Of a stretch of DNA of 64,000 nucleotides, positions 10,220 through 20,004 are shown piece by piece. The position numbers and the translations under genes were made by a program. The stretch spans positions 320,001-384,000 of the forward strand of contig CAVUWD010000013.1 in NCBI GenBank assembly GCA_963745025.1. The letters run 5' to 3'. Under the pieces are notes generated by a model. The model was not told the DNA's origin. It saw only the letters and a list, made by a program, of their open reading frames with translations, and ran no database searches. Position 1 is the first letter of the stretch. Each line of letters begins with the position of its first letter. This DNA comes from an uncultured delta proteobacterium. Its GTDB lineage: Bacteria > Desulfobacterota > Binatia > JACPRU01.

Positions 10220-12592
10220 ATGGAACGACGAGGTGCTCTCGAGGGTCTACGGGTACTCGACCTGACGGACGAAACCGGGCGGCTCGCCGGAAAGTTGCTC
10301 GCCGAGACCGGCGCCGACGTGATTCGACTTTGCCGCGGCGTGCCGGGCCCGCCGATGAAAGGCGTGGCGGGCGGCCGAGGGGGCCTGCTCGATTGGTGGT
10401 TCGATCTTGGAACCCGGAGAATCGAGCTCGACCTCGACGACGAAGGCTGCCGACGGCAGCTCCGCGCCCTGGTCGCGCGCGCCCACGTCTTCATCGAGAC
10501 CGAGCCCCCCGGCCGCCTGGCGCATCTCGGTCTGGACTTCGACGATCTGCGAGCGCTGAATCCGCGGCTCGTCCACGTGTCGCTCACGCCCTTCGGGCGC
10601 CGCGGGCCGCGCGCCGGCTGGCAGGTGAGCGATCTCGTCGCTTCCGCTCTCGGAGGACCGCTCTCGATCAGCGGCACGCCCGACGAGCCGCTCAACGGAT
10701 ACGGCCGGCAGTCCTTCAACATCGGCGGATTCTTCGCCGCCATCTGCGCGCTCGCGGGCGCGCATGCGGCGCGTGAGACCGGGCAGGGTCGACACTTCGA
10801 TCTCTCTCTCCACCAGAGCGTGGCGAGCTGCACCGAGCAGCTCCTCATGTATTGGTTCTTCCGCCACACGATCTTCTTCCCCGGCGGCATCGCCAAGCGA
10901 CAGGCAGCGCTTCACTGGACGGGCCTCTTCGACGTGGTGCCGTGCCGCGACGGCCACGTCATGATGACACCCTCTCCGAACCCACGAAATCTGTTCGATT
11001 GGCTCATCGAGGAAGGCATGGCCGGCGCGTTCGCCGAGGCGGTGCCGACGACGGTGGCGGAAGCGCTCCCGCGCGCGGCCGAGATCATGGCCACGCTTCG
11101 CGCCTGGGCGAAGACGAAGAGCGTCCGGCCGCTTTTCGAAGAAGCGCAGCGGCGTCGCATTCCGCTCGGCGAAGTGATGTCGATCGCCGAGGCGGCTCGA
11201 TCGCCGCAGCACGAAGCGCGCGGCTTCTTTCGTGCCGTCGCGTGGGACGGTGCCCCCCTGCGCGTTCCGGGGCCGCTCTTCCGGCTGTCCGACACGCCGG
11301 CGCCGCCTCCGACCCCCCCGCCCGCGATCGCAGATTCTGTCGATTCGGTGCTCGCGTCGTGGCCTCAGGAGCGCGGTGGCGAAGGTGCCGCTTCGTCGGC
11401 GAGTGCGCCAAGGAAGCCGCTCGCAGGGGTGAGGATCCTCGATTTCACCTGGGTGCTCGCCGGCCCGATGGCGACTCGCGTGCTCGCCGATCTCGGCGCC
11501 GACGTCGTGAAGCTCCAGACCGAGGAACGCTCGCAGGGGGTGAATCACAACGACTTTCCGTACTTCTCGATGTGGAACCGGAACAAGCGGAGCGCGACGC
11601 TCAACATGAAGCACCCGCGCGCCGTCGAGACGTTTCGCCGCCTCGTCGAGCGGTCGGACGTCGTCATCGACAACTTCAGCGCGGGCGTGCTCGACCGCTG
11701 GGGTATCGGCTACGCGCAGGCGAGCGAGTGGAATCCGCGGATCATATACGTCTCGCTGCCGGGCTGTGGCCGTGACGGCCCGTGGCGCGACTTCGTCACG
11801 TTCGCACCGACGATCCAGGCGCTCTCCGGGCTCACGTACTTGACGAATCCCGAAGGCCGCCACGACATCGGCTTCGGCTTCGCCCTCATGGATCACTTCG
11901 GCGGTCTGAGCGGCGCGCTCGCGGTCCTGGCTGCGCTCGAGGCCCGCCGGCGAACGGGCCGCGGCCAGGACGTCGACATTTCCCAAGTCGAGGTCGGCGT
12001 GCACTTGCTCGGGCCGACCTTCAGCGACTATCTCAACAACGGCCGCGAGGCCGAGCCGATCGGCAATCGCGATGCCTTCGAGGACCACGCCCCGAACGAG
12101 GTCTATCGCTGCGGGGATGGCGAGTGGCTGGCGATCACCGCTCGATCCGACGCGGAATGGCAAGCGCTCTGCGCGACGATCGGCGACGCTCGCCTCGCGG
12201 ACGACGAGAGCCTGCAGACCGTCGCCGGCCGACGGCGCGAGCGCCGCCGCGTCGACGAGCGACTGGGCGCCTGGGCGGCGGGCCAGACGGCGCGGGGCGC
12301 GATGCAGCTCCTGCAAGAGCGCGGCGTGCCCGCCGGCAAAGTGCAGAATGCCCGCGACCTCGTGGAAGAGGACGAGCAGCTGACGTTTCGCCGGTGGCTC
12401 GTCGAGGTGGAGCATGGCTCCCACGGCCGACAAACGATCGACCGATTTCCCGCGGAGGTCACTCCGGGCGCTCTCGACCCGTACGCGGGGGCGCCCACCT
12501 TCGGACAGCACACGCTCGAAGTGTACGAGGAGCTCGCCGGGATGTCGGTCGAGGAGATCGCTGCCGCGATCGGCGAAGAGATCTTCAGCTGA
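10220..12592 (+). CDS. Tandem two-domain CaiB/BaiF CoA-transferase
   Basis: Two family III modules: LEGLRVLDL..GADVIR and PLAGVRILDFTWVLAGP..LGADVVK..NRNKRS..DNFSAG. Confidence 0.92.
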   Translation: MERRGALEGLRVLDLTDETGRLAGKLLAETGADVIRLCRGVPGPPMKGVAGGRGGLLDWWFDLGTRRIELDLDDEGCRRQLRALVARAHVFIETEPPGRLAHLGLDFDDLRALNPRLVHVSLTPFGRRGPRAGWQVSDLVASALGGPLSISGTPDEPLNGYGRQSFNIGGFFAAICALAGAHAARETGQGRHFDLSLHQSVASCTEQLLMYWFFRHTIFFPGGIAKRQAALHWTGLFDVVPCRDGHVMMTPSPNPRNLFDWLIEEGMAGAFAEAVPTTVAEALPRAAEIMATLRAWAKTKSVRPLFEEAQRRRIPLGEVMSIAEAARSPQHEARGFFRAVAWDGAPLRVPGPLFRLSDTPAPPPTPPPAIADSVDSVLASWPQERGGEGAASSASAPRKPLAGVRILDFTWVLAGPMATRVLADLGADVVKLQTEERSQGVNHNDFPYFSMWNRNKRSATLNMKHPRAVETFRRLVERSDVVIDNFSAGVLDRWGIGYAQASEWNPRIIYVSLPGCGRDGPWRDFVTFAPTIQALSGLTYLTNPEGRHDIGFGFALMDHFGGLSGALAVLAALEARRRTGRGQDVDISQVEVGVHLLGPTFSDYLNNGREAEPIGNRDAFEDHAPNEVYRCGDGEWLAITARSDAEWQALCATIGDARLADDESLQTVAGRRRERRRVDERLGAWAAGQTARGAMQLLQERGVPAGKVQNARDLVEEDEQLTFRRWLVEVEHGSHGRQTIDRFPAEVTPGALDPYAGAPTFGQHTLEVYEELAGMSVEEIAAAIGEEIFS

Positions 12593-12744
12593 TCGTCGGG
12601 CTGACGTCGGCACGCGGTTCTCACCGGAGAGTGCTTCGTCCGGCGACGGCATCGAGCGGCCGGTCGATCCTCGCGGGGATCGCGAAAGAGCGTGTGCAGG
12701 CCCCCTCCCTTGCCCGCGCCGTACGAGTCGATTAGTTCACCGAC

Positions 12745-13860
12745 GTGGCTGCCATCGATCGCGCTCAGGTGAAGCGGCTCATGGATCGCGCGCGGCGAGA
12801 GATCGACGCGGGGTTCTTGCCCTCTTGCCAGATCGCGCTCGGCTTCGAGGGCGAGATCGTTGCCGCGGAGACCTTCGGCGACGCTCGGCCCGACGATCGT
12901 TACTGCATCTTCTCGGCCACGAAGCCCTTCGTCGCCTCCACCGTCTGGACGCTCATCACCGAAGGCGCGCTGCGAGTCGAGGCGCCGGTCGTCGCGTACT
13001 TCCCGGAGTTCGGCGCCAACGGCAAGGAGCACGTCACCGTCGAGCAGGTGATGCTGCACACCTCCGGCTTCCCGCATGCGCCGATGGGAGCCCCCGAGTG
13101 GTACGAGCGCGACGCTCGCGTGCAGCGCATGGCCTCGTGGAGGCTCAACTGGGAGCCGGGCACCCGCTACGAGTACCACCCGACGTCGGCGCACTGGGTG
13201 CTCGGCGAGCTGATCGAACGAGTGACCGGAAGGGACTATCGCGACGTCGTCGAGGAGCGCGTCACGCGGCCCGCGGGCTTGCCGCGGATCCTCGGGATCC
13301 GCCGCGACCGGCAGAGCGGCATCCGCGATCTACGCCTGATCGGCGAGCACGCGACCGCCGACGAGCTCGAGCAGGTCTTCGGCGTACGAGCCCTACCCGA
13401 GACGGAGGTCACCGACGATGCCGTCATGCAATTCAACGAGGCGTCGGTTCGCGAGCTCGGGGTTCCGGGCGGTGGGGGACTCGGCCGCGCCGTGGATCTG
13501 GCGCTCTTCTACCAGCGTCTGCTGCACGACCCGGACGGCATCTGGGACGCGGCCGTGCGCATCGACGGCATCGGCCGGGTGCGCAACTCGCTCCCCGATC
13601 CGATGGGCGTGCCCGCCAACCGATCGCTCGGCTTGATCCTCGCCGGCGACGATGGCCGCTCGCACATCCGCGGGCTCGGCCGCACCGTGTCGCCGCGCGC
13701 GTTCGGTCACAACGGAGCCGGCGGGCAGCTCGCCTGGGCCGACCCCGCGACCGGTCTCTCGCTCGGCTACGTCACCGACGGCTACGACCGCCACGAGATC
13801 CGCCAGCCGCGGCGCGGTACGGCGATCTCGAGCCTCGCCGCCGCCGTCATTCGCGCGTGA
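12745..13860 (+). CDS. Serine hydrolase, beta-lactamase/esterase family
   Basis: FSATK (SxxK), LHTSGFP, PGTRYEYH, FGHNGAGG..WADP. Confidence 0.9.
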   Translation: MAAIDRAQVKRLMDRARREIDAGFLPSCQIALGFEGEIVAAETFGDARPDDRYCIFSATKPFVASTVWTLITEGALRVEAPVVAYFPEFGANGKEHVTVEQVMLHTSGFPHAPMGAPEWYERDARVQRMASWRLNWEPGTRYEYHPTSAHWVLGELIERVTGRDYRDVVEERVTRPAGLPRILGIRRDRQSGIRDLRLIGEHATADELEQVFGVRALPETEVTDDAVMQFNEASVRELGVPGGGGLGRAVDLALFYQRLLHDPDGIWDAAVRIDGIGRVRNSLPDPMGVPANRSLGLILAGDDGRSHIRGLGRTVSPRAFGHNGAGGQLAWADPATGLSLGYVTDGYDRHEIRQPRRGTAISSLAAAVIRA

Positions 13861-14803
13861 CGTCGACCGGCATGCCGCTCTTCTCGCGGACGGCGGATCG
13901 AAGGCGCGCTGGGTCGACGCGGTCGGCAACGCCCGCCCTGCGGACTTCCTCGAGCGCGAACCGGGCGAGGTTCGGGATCCGACGGTAGATGTCGGGATGA
14001 ACCTCGACGTAGATCCGGCCGCGGTCTTCGCCGAGCTTGACGGGTTGATAGAGAATCTCGCCTGGGGTGCCCACCCGAACGCTCTCGTAGAGCTCGCCGA
14101 TGTCCTCCGGGTAGAGCCGGATGCAGCCGTGCGTCGCGAGTCGACCGATCGACCAGGGTGAGTCGGTTCCGTGGATCGAGTAGAGGCCATAGGAGAGCCG
14201 CATCCGATACGCCCCGAGTGGGTTGTCCGGGCCTGGCGGGACTACGCGTCGCGGCGGATCCATCGTCTTCAAGATCGAAGCGGGAACCACCCAGGTCGGA
14301 TTCTCCTCTTTCGTGCGGATCGAAAAAGAGCGGACCGGGCTCGGTGTCTCGTCGTCGCCGATGCCGATCGCCCAGGTGCGGATCTCGAACTCTTGCCCCG
14401 GGGTCGTCGAGTCGGGGTAGAGGTAGAGGCGCATCTCCGGAAGGTTGATGACCACGCCGCGATGGCGCGACCGCGGGAGGATCCATCGAGAGGGGAGCAC
14501 GACCTCCGTGCCCGGCTTTGGCACCCACGCGTCGACGCTCGGGTTCGCGTCCTGGGCCTGCTGGTAGCCGAGGCCTGCTTGGCGGGCGATGTCGAGCAGC
14601 GTATCGCCGTTGGCGACGCGAACCTGCTGCTCGATTCCGACGAGCCCGGGGAGCTCGCCCGTTCGCGGCACGCGGCTCGTGACCGTCGTGACCTTCTTCG
14701 GACCGGCGACGACGGGCGGGATGGGCTCTCGGACCGTTGCGCAGCTCGACGCCAGAAGCAGCAGGACGGCCTTCGCGCGGAGTCGCGCACGTCTTCCCCG
14801 CAT
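13847..14803 (-). CDS. L,D-transpeptidase (ErfK/YbiS family) with LysM-like N-region
   Basis: GDTLLDIAR, INLPEMRLY, PGPDNPLG, IHGT...ATHGCIRLYPEDI. Confidence 0.92.
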   Translation of the reverse strand: MRGRRARLRAKAVLLLLASSCATVREPIPPVVAGPKKVTTVTSRVPRTGELPGLVGIEQQVRVANGDTLLDIARQAGLGYQQAQDANPSVDAWVPKPGTEVVLPSRWILPRSRHRGVVINLPEMRLYLYPDSTTPGQEFEIRTWAIGIGDDETPSPVRSFSIRTKEENPTWVVPASILKTMDPPRRVVPPGPDNPLGAYRMRLSYGLYSIHGTDSPWSIGRLATHGCIRLYPEDIGELYESVRVGTPGEILYQPVKLGEDRGRIYVEVHPDIYRRIPNLARFALEEVRRAGVADRVDPARLRSAVREKSGMPVDVTRE

Positions 14804-14918
14804 GGACAAACGCACTACCAGAACGGGGCGTTGGTGTCCCGACTCCGGAAACTCGGCAATGACATCATCGACGGCGAAGCACGTCGTCGCGTCCGATCAG
14901 ATGACGGTCGCAGCATCC

Positions 14919-15485
14919 CTATCGGTGACCGAAGGAAATCGGTGGCGGACCCGCGGCGCCGATCGGTGACGGACCGCCGGGCCCTTGGAGGAACCGATCA
15001 TCGCGGCTCGGCGGCAGCCGGCGTGGGGGCGGGGGAAGAACGCGGGGAACGAAGGCTGGCCCGACCACCACGAACGATGGAATCTCGGGCGCGGCCTCGA
15101 AGATCTGGACATTCTGCACGATTGGACCGAGCTGTGCGGGGGCCGGCTCGGGTGGAGCGGAGACGCGCGCGGCCGCCATCCCGGCCCAGTAGCCTTCCGC
15201 GAAGCTGCTCTCCATGCGCTGCGGCTCCTGCCGCGCGGCCGTGTCGGCGACCGGTTCCGCTAGGGAAGCCGGCGGGGGTGACGATTCTTCGCGTGGCAGC
15301 GGTGCGGGTGGCGGCAGATCCGTGACGAAGGTTACGATTTGGTCTCGATACTCCACGGGCACCTTATCCGGGTCGTCCACGTAATGCGTCACGCCCTGCG
15401 GATCGTACCAGCAGTAGATCGCCGCTCGAGCCACCGGCCCTACGAGCAAGGTGACGAGCACTGCGGCGAATATCGCGAGACGCAC
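14919..15485 (-). CDS. DUF4124-domain exported protein
   Basis: Signal peptide then AIYCWYDPQGVTHYVDDP; Pro-rich tail. Confidence 0.7.
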   Translation of the reverse strand: MRLAIFAAVLVTLLVGPVARAAIYCWYDPQGVTHYVDDPDKVPVEYRDQIVTFVTDLPPPAPLPREESSPPPASLAEPVADTAARQEPQRMESSFAEGYWAGMAAARVSAPPEPAPAQLGPIVQNVQIFEAAPEIPSFVVVGPAFVPRVLPPPPRRLPPSRDDRFLQGPGGPSPIGAAGPPPISFGHR

Positions 15486-15702
15486 ATGACTATGATCGGA
15501 CGTCGCGGAGTACTCGTCAACTTCCGCCAAACTCTCCCGACGTCTGGAAAAGCCGATGATGACGATCCGGCGCTAGAAGCCGAAAACCGTAGCGTCCCAT
15601 TCACCAGCTGCGCAGATCCCAAAATGGCCCACTTCCGCTCTCCCAGGCAGCTCGCATCAGTAGTAGAACCGACACAAGAGCAAAGGTCAGAATCCTCGCA
15701 CC

Positions 15703-16377
15703 ATGCGCCTATTGTTGATCGAAGACGACCACTCTCTGGCCAAGGCGGTTCGCGAAGGTCTCGTCGCCAAGGGCTTCGCGGTCGATCGGGTCGAGAGCGG
15801 GGAAGCCGGGTTCGAGCTCGTCGCGCTCAACCCGTACGATCTGATCGTTCTGGATCTGGGCCTTCCCGGCGCCGACGGTCTGGCGTTTCTCGACAGGCTC
15901 CGCGCGCGGGGAGACGCCGTCCCGGTACTGGTGCTCACGGCGCGCGGCAGGGTCACGGATCGGGTCCATGGCCTCGATCGCGGTGCCGACGACTATCTGA
16001 GAAAGCCTTTCGCGATCGCCGAGCTCGTCGCGCGGATCCGTGCGCTGCTCCGCCGCGGCAACGGCCTCGCGCCGGTCGTCTTGCGAGCCGGCGACATCGA
16101 GCTCGACGCGCGTCGTTTCGAGGTGCGTCGAGCGGGCTCGCCGATCCCGCTGACCGCCAAGGAGTTCGCGATTCTCGAGTACCTGCTCCGCCACGCCGGC
16201 GAGCTGGTGACCCGTACGATGCTTCTTGAGCACTGCTGGGACGAGAGCTATGAGGGGCTGTCGAACCTCGTCGACGTGCATGTCAGTCGGCTGCGGCGAA
16301 AGTTGGAAGCAGCCGGGGGCCCGGCGCCGTTGCGTAGCGTCCGAGGCGCTGGATTTATATTCGGGGTTCCTTCGTGA
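15703..16377 (+). CDS. OmpR-family response regulator
   Basis: LLLIEDD, DLGLP, GADDYLRKPF, winged-helix VDVHVSRLRRKL..VRGAGF. Confidence 0.95.
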   Translation: MRLLLIEDDHSLAKAVREGLVAKGFAVDRVESGEAGFELVALNPYDLIVLDLGLPGADGLAFLDRLRARGDAVPVLVLTARGRVTDRVHGLDRGADDYLRKPFAIAELVARIRALLRRGNGLAPVVLRAGDIELDARRFEVRRAGSPIPLTAKEFAILEYLLRHAGELVTRTMLLEHCWDESYEGLSNLVDVHVSRLRRKLEAAGGPAPLRSVRGAGFIFGVPS

Positions 16378-17723
16378 GTCGGCCGTCGAGCCTGCGCGGG
16401 CGCTTGACGGCGGTGTTCGCCGGCGTCGCGGGGATCGTCGTCGTCGCCGCCGCGTTCGTCACGGAGGCGCTGATCGAGCGTGCGTTCTGGGCGGCGCTGG
16501 ACGGAGCGCTCGCAGAAGAAGCGGAGACGCTGGCCTCGATCCTCGAGGTGGGTCGTATGGAAGAGATCCCGAGGCTGGTGGCACGGATCGAAGCCGAGCG
16601 GGAGCCCGGGCCGGGGAAGTTCGTGCTGGTGCGCGAGCGAGCAGGGCGGATCCTAGCGAGCGCAGGTCAGATACCCGAAACGATCGCCCGAGAATCCATC
16701 GAGGCTGGCGGACCCGCACGAATCCTCTGGTACGGCGTGGAGCCATACCGTGTCGCTTTCGCGCGGGCGTCGAACGGAGCTGTGTGCACGATCGGCATAC
16801 CCGTGCGCGGCGAGATCGGCGTCATCCGCCGAGCCCGCTGGGCGATCGCCGGCGGTGCGTGCGTACTGATCGGCGTCTTCTCGGCGCTCGCATGGGCGGT
16901 TACCTCGCGGGCCACGGCCGAGCTCGATCGCCTCGCCGACGAGCTCGAGACTGTCGAGGCGGGTTCGCTCCACAGGCAGCTCTCGCGCCGTGAGACGAGC
17001 GAGGTCGGCCGTCTGGTCGCGGTGCTGAACCGTCTGCTCCAACGCTTGGATTCGGCGATGGTGTCGCTCCGGCGCTTCAGCGCTGACGCCGCCCACGAGC
17101 TGCGCACGCCGATCGCCGCGCTACGGGCTCATATCGACCTGGCGATCGCTGCGGCCGGGCCAACCCCGCCCGCGAGCCTTCTCGATGCCGTAGAGCAGGG
17201 CGAGCGGCTCAGTCACCTCGCGGAGGACTTGCTGACGTTGTCCTCCGTCGAGGCGGGGGAAAGCGCTCGCCGCGACTCCGTCGTCCGCCTGGACGAGCTC
17301 GCCCGGGAAGTGATCGACGTCATGGAGCCGATCGCTAGCGACCAGGGCCGCAAGCTCGTGCAGACGGTAGACGCCGACCTCTCGATCCAGGGCGAGCCGA
17401 CCCTATTGCGGCGTCTCGTCGTGAATCTCGTCGACAACGCACTTCGCCACACACCCGCTGCCGCTCCGATTTCCGTCACGCTCCGAGCCGTGGACGGTCG
17501 GGCGATCCTCGAAGTGCGTGACGAGGGGCCGGGGATCGACCCGGGGGACGCTCCGCTGGTGTTCGAACGGTTCTATCGCGGCAAAGGGGGTGGCAGTGGC
17601 TCGGGTCTCGGCTTGGCGATCTGCCGCGAGATTGCCAAGCGGCACGGCGGGGAGATCGAACTCGCGAGCGTGCCCGGCCGCGGCACGACCGTCCGAGTCG
17701 AGCTGCCGCTCGCTTCACGGTAA
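16374..17723 (+). CDS. Sensor histidine kinase (CusS/CzcS-like architecture)
   Basis: Two TM segments, HAMP, DAAHELRTP, NLVDNA, DEGPG, GSGLGLAI. Confidence 0.93.
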   Translation: MSRPSSLRGRLTAVFAGVAGIVVVAAAFVTEALIERAFWAALDGALAEEAETLASILEVGRMEEIPRLVARIEAEREPGPGKFVLVRERAGRILASAGQIPETIARESIEAGGPARILWYGVEPYRVAFARASNGAVCTIGIPVRGEIGVIRRARWAIAGGACVLIGVFSALAWAVTSRATAELDRLADELETVEAGSLHRQLSRRETSEVGRLVAVLNRLLQRLDSAMVSLRRFSADAAHELRTPIAALRAHIDLAIAAAGPTPPASLLDAVEQGERLSHLAEDLLTLSSVEAGESARRDSVVRLDELAREVIDVMEPIASDQGRKLVQTVDADLSIQGEPTLLRRLVVNLVDNALRHTPAAAPISVTLRAVDGRAILEVRDEGPGIDPGDAPLVFERFYRGKGGGSGSGLGLAICREIAKRHGGEIELASVPGRGTTVRVELPLASR

Positions 17724-17752
17724 CTTCATGGTTTCCACGCTAGGGTGGCCCC

Positions 17753-19018
17753 GTGCGAGGCCGTCGATCGACACATTCGATCTGGCTGGCGCTCGGCGCC
17801 GTAACCCTGGTCGCGGCAAGCGCGGCCGGCGGCGCGATCACGCTCGAGGAATGCGCCCGGCATGCGCTCGAGCGCTCGCCCTCGATCCACGCCGCGGCCT
17901 TCGACGCCGAGGCGGCGATCGCGCGCGTGCGAGCGGCGCGCGCGAGCTACGCACCGCGCCTGGAGGTCCACTCCGAATACGGGCGGTCGGAAGGCTTCGA
18001 CGCAGCGGTGACGAATGGCGGGAGCACCCAGGGGGTCGTTCACCTCGAGGCGACCCTCTTCGATGGCGGCGCTCGCGGGGCCGACGTCGCAGGAGCCGAA
18101 GCTCATGTCGCTTCCGCGGGCGCGGCAGAAAGGCAACGGCGCGCCGATCTCCTCTTCGAGGTGCGCTCCGCGTACTTTCAAGCCGTCGCCGCGGATCGCG
18201 AGGCCGAGATTCACCACGAGGCGCTCTCGACTTTCGACGACTACCTCCGGGTTCTCGCCGGACAGGTGAGGATCGGCGTCGCGCCCGAGAACGACCTGCT
18301 GCGGGGGAAGCTCGCGATCGAGAGCGAGCGCACGGCGGAGCGCGCGGCCCGCAGTGAAGCGGAGCAGGGCAGAGCGGCGCTCTCCTCGCTCGCCGGCCTT
18401 GACCTCTCCGGGACGTCGCTCGCCGAGCCGACGGAAGGGACCCCGCGCCACGCCGGCGAAGCGGCGCTCGACTCGTCTCCACTGCTCGACGAGGTCCGCG
18501 CGGAGCTCGCCGCCGCCGAACGCGAGGCGGACGCGGTCCGGGCCGAGCGTTCGGGCCACGTGACGCTCAGCGCCGACGCCGGCGCGCTCGGCGTGAGGCC
18601 GGCGGACACGTTCGAGCACGATGCGGGCGGCCAGTTCCTCGTCGGCTTCACCGTGCCGCTCTTCGACGGTGGCGCGCGCTCCGCGCGGCTGGCGGCGGCG
18701 GCCGCCGCCGCGAACAGCGCCCGCGCCAAGCTCGAGGAGGCGAGCCGCGCGCTGCGCCTGTCGTGGGCCCGCGCCGAGGCCGAGGCGCGCCGCGCGCGCG
18801 AGGACGCGGCGGCCGCGCGCCGCGCGATCGAGCTCGCCAGAGCGCATTTCGAGCTCATGCGCGCTCGCCACGCGGGTGGCGGCAACGTGCGCCTTCTCGA
18901 CGTGCTCGATGCGCTCACGCAGTCGGTCGAGGCCCCGCTGTCCGAGGCTCGCGCGAAGCTCGCCGAGCGAATCGCCCTGGCGGCCGAGGATCAGCTCGTC
19001 GGCGAGGTCGAGCCGTGA
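17753..19018 (+). CDS. TolC-family outer membrane efflux protein
   Basis: Signal peptide, two LFDGG repeats, helical Ala-rich body; directly upstream of MFP and RND genes. Confidence 0.88.
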   Translation: MRGRRSTHSIWLALGAVTLVAASAAGGAITLEECARHALERSPSIHAAAFDAEAAIARVRAARASYAPRLEVHSEYGRSEGFDAAVTNGGSTQGVVHLEATLFDGGARGADVAGAEAHVASAGAAERQRRADLLFEVRSAYFQAVAADREAEIHHEALSTFDDYLRVLAGQVRIGVAPENDLLRGKLAIESERTAERAARSEAEQGRAALSSLAGLDLSGTSLAEPTEGTPRHAGEAALDSSPLLDEVRAELAAAEREADAVRAERSGHVTLSADAGALGVRPADTFEHDAGGQFLVGFTVPLFDGGARSARLAAAAAAANSARAKLEEASRALRLSWARAEAEARRAREDAAAARRAIELARAHFELMRARHAGGGNVRLLDVLDALTQSVEAPLSEARAKLAERIALAAEDQLVGEVEP

Positions 19019-20004
19019 GGATCAGAGCCTTCGTCGCGGCTGCGTTCCTCGTCGCGCTGACCGACTGCCGAACGACACCGGAGGAGGCTGGGGAACCGCA
19101 AGCGGCGCCCGCGATCGTCAGCATTGCGCCGGTGCGGAGAGGCGACGTCGACGAGACGCTGCGCGTGAGCGGAGAGACCTCGGCGCTGAAGGTTCTGCGG
19201 CTCGCCTCGCCGGTCGCGGGCCGGGTGACGTTCCTCGCGGCGCAAGCCGGTGACCGTCTCGCGGCGGGCGAAACGGCGGTGCGGATTCTGCCACTCGAGA
19301 ACGAGGCGGCGGTCAACGGGCTCCGGCTTCTCGATCGAGGCCGCGCGCTGGCCGCAGGCGAGCGGGACTCCGCTGCCAGGCTCGCGCGTGATCTCGCTCG
19401 GCGTCAGGTCGAGCTCTCGGCGCCGTTCACGGCGGTCGTCGCGGAGCGAGTCAAGAATCCCGGCGAGCAGGTGGCGCCCGGCGATGTGATCCTCGAGCTC
19501 TTCGATCCGCGCTCGCTCGTGGCGATCGCCCAGGTGCCGATCGACGTTGCCCCGAGCCTGCGGAAAGGAATGGCCGTCGCCGTCCGGACGGCGAGTGGTA
19601 GCGCGCGTGGCGAGGTGGACCGGGTGCTTACATCTCTCACGCCTGCCACGTTGACCGCACCGGTGCGCGTCGTCTTTGCCTCGCCGCTCGAGCCGCCACT
19701 GCGGGGCGCCGCCGTCGACTGTGAAATCCTGCTCTCGACCCATCGCGGGGTGCTGCTCGTTCCCCATGCGGCCCTGGTCGCCTCCGCGTCGCGGAACGCG
19801 GCCACGGTGGTCGTCGCCGCCGACGGCCACGCGCACGTTCGTCCGATCGAGACGGGGACCCGCTCGGGCGACCTGGTCGAGGTGCGGAGCGGTCTTCAAG
19901 CCGGCGAAGAGATCGTCGTCCAGGGCCAGTACGGTCTCGCCGACGGCGCTCCGATCCGCGTGTCGGCGCCCGAGGCCTCCCGGCCGCCGCCGGATGCGGA
20001 ATGA
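19015..20004 (+). CDS. RND periplasmic adaptor (MFP)
   Basis: GTG at 19015 overlaps the tolC stop; LASPVAGRV, LSAPFTAVV, LLVPHAAL, VEVRSGLQAGEEIVVQG. Confidence 0.88.
   Translation: MRIRAFVAAAFLVALTDCRTTPEEAGEPQAAPAIVSIAPVRRGDVDETLRVSGETSALKVLRLASPVAGRVTFLAAQAGDRLAAGETAVRILPLENEAAVNGLRLLDRGRALAAGERDSAARLARDLARRQVELSAPFTAVVAERVKNPGEQVAPGDVILELFDPRSLVAIAQVPIDVAPSLRKGMAVAVRTASGSARGEVDRVLTSLTPATLTAPVRVVFASPLEPPLRGAAVDCEILLSTHRGVLLVPHAALVASASRNAATVVVAADGHAHVRPIETGTRSGDLVEVRSGLQAGEEIVVQGQYGLADGAPIRVSAPEASRPPPDAE

Noticed and set aside
10247-12652. Long antisense ORFs (801 aa here; also 20253-22178, 28230-30242, 2391-4448)
   Set aside because: Typical stop-poor shadow frames of high-GC genes, with no motifs.
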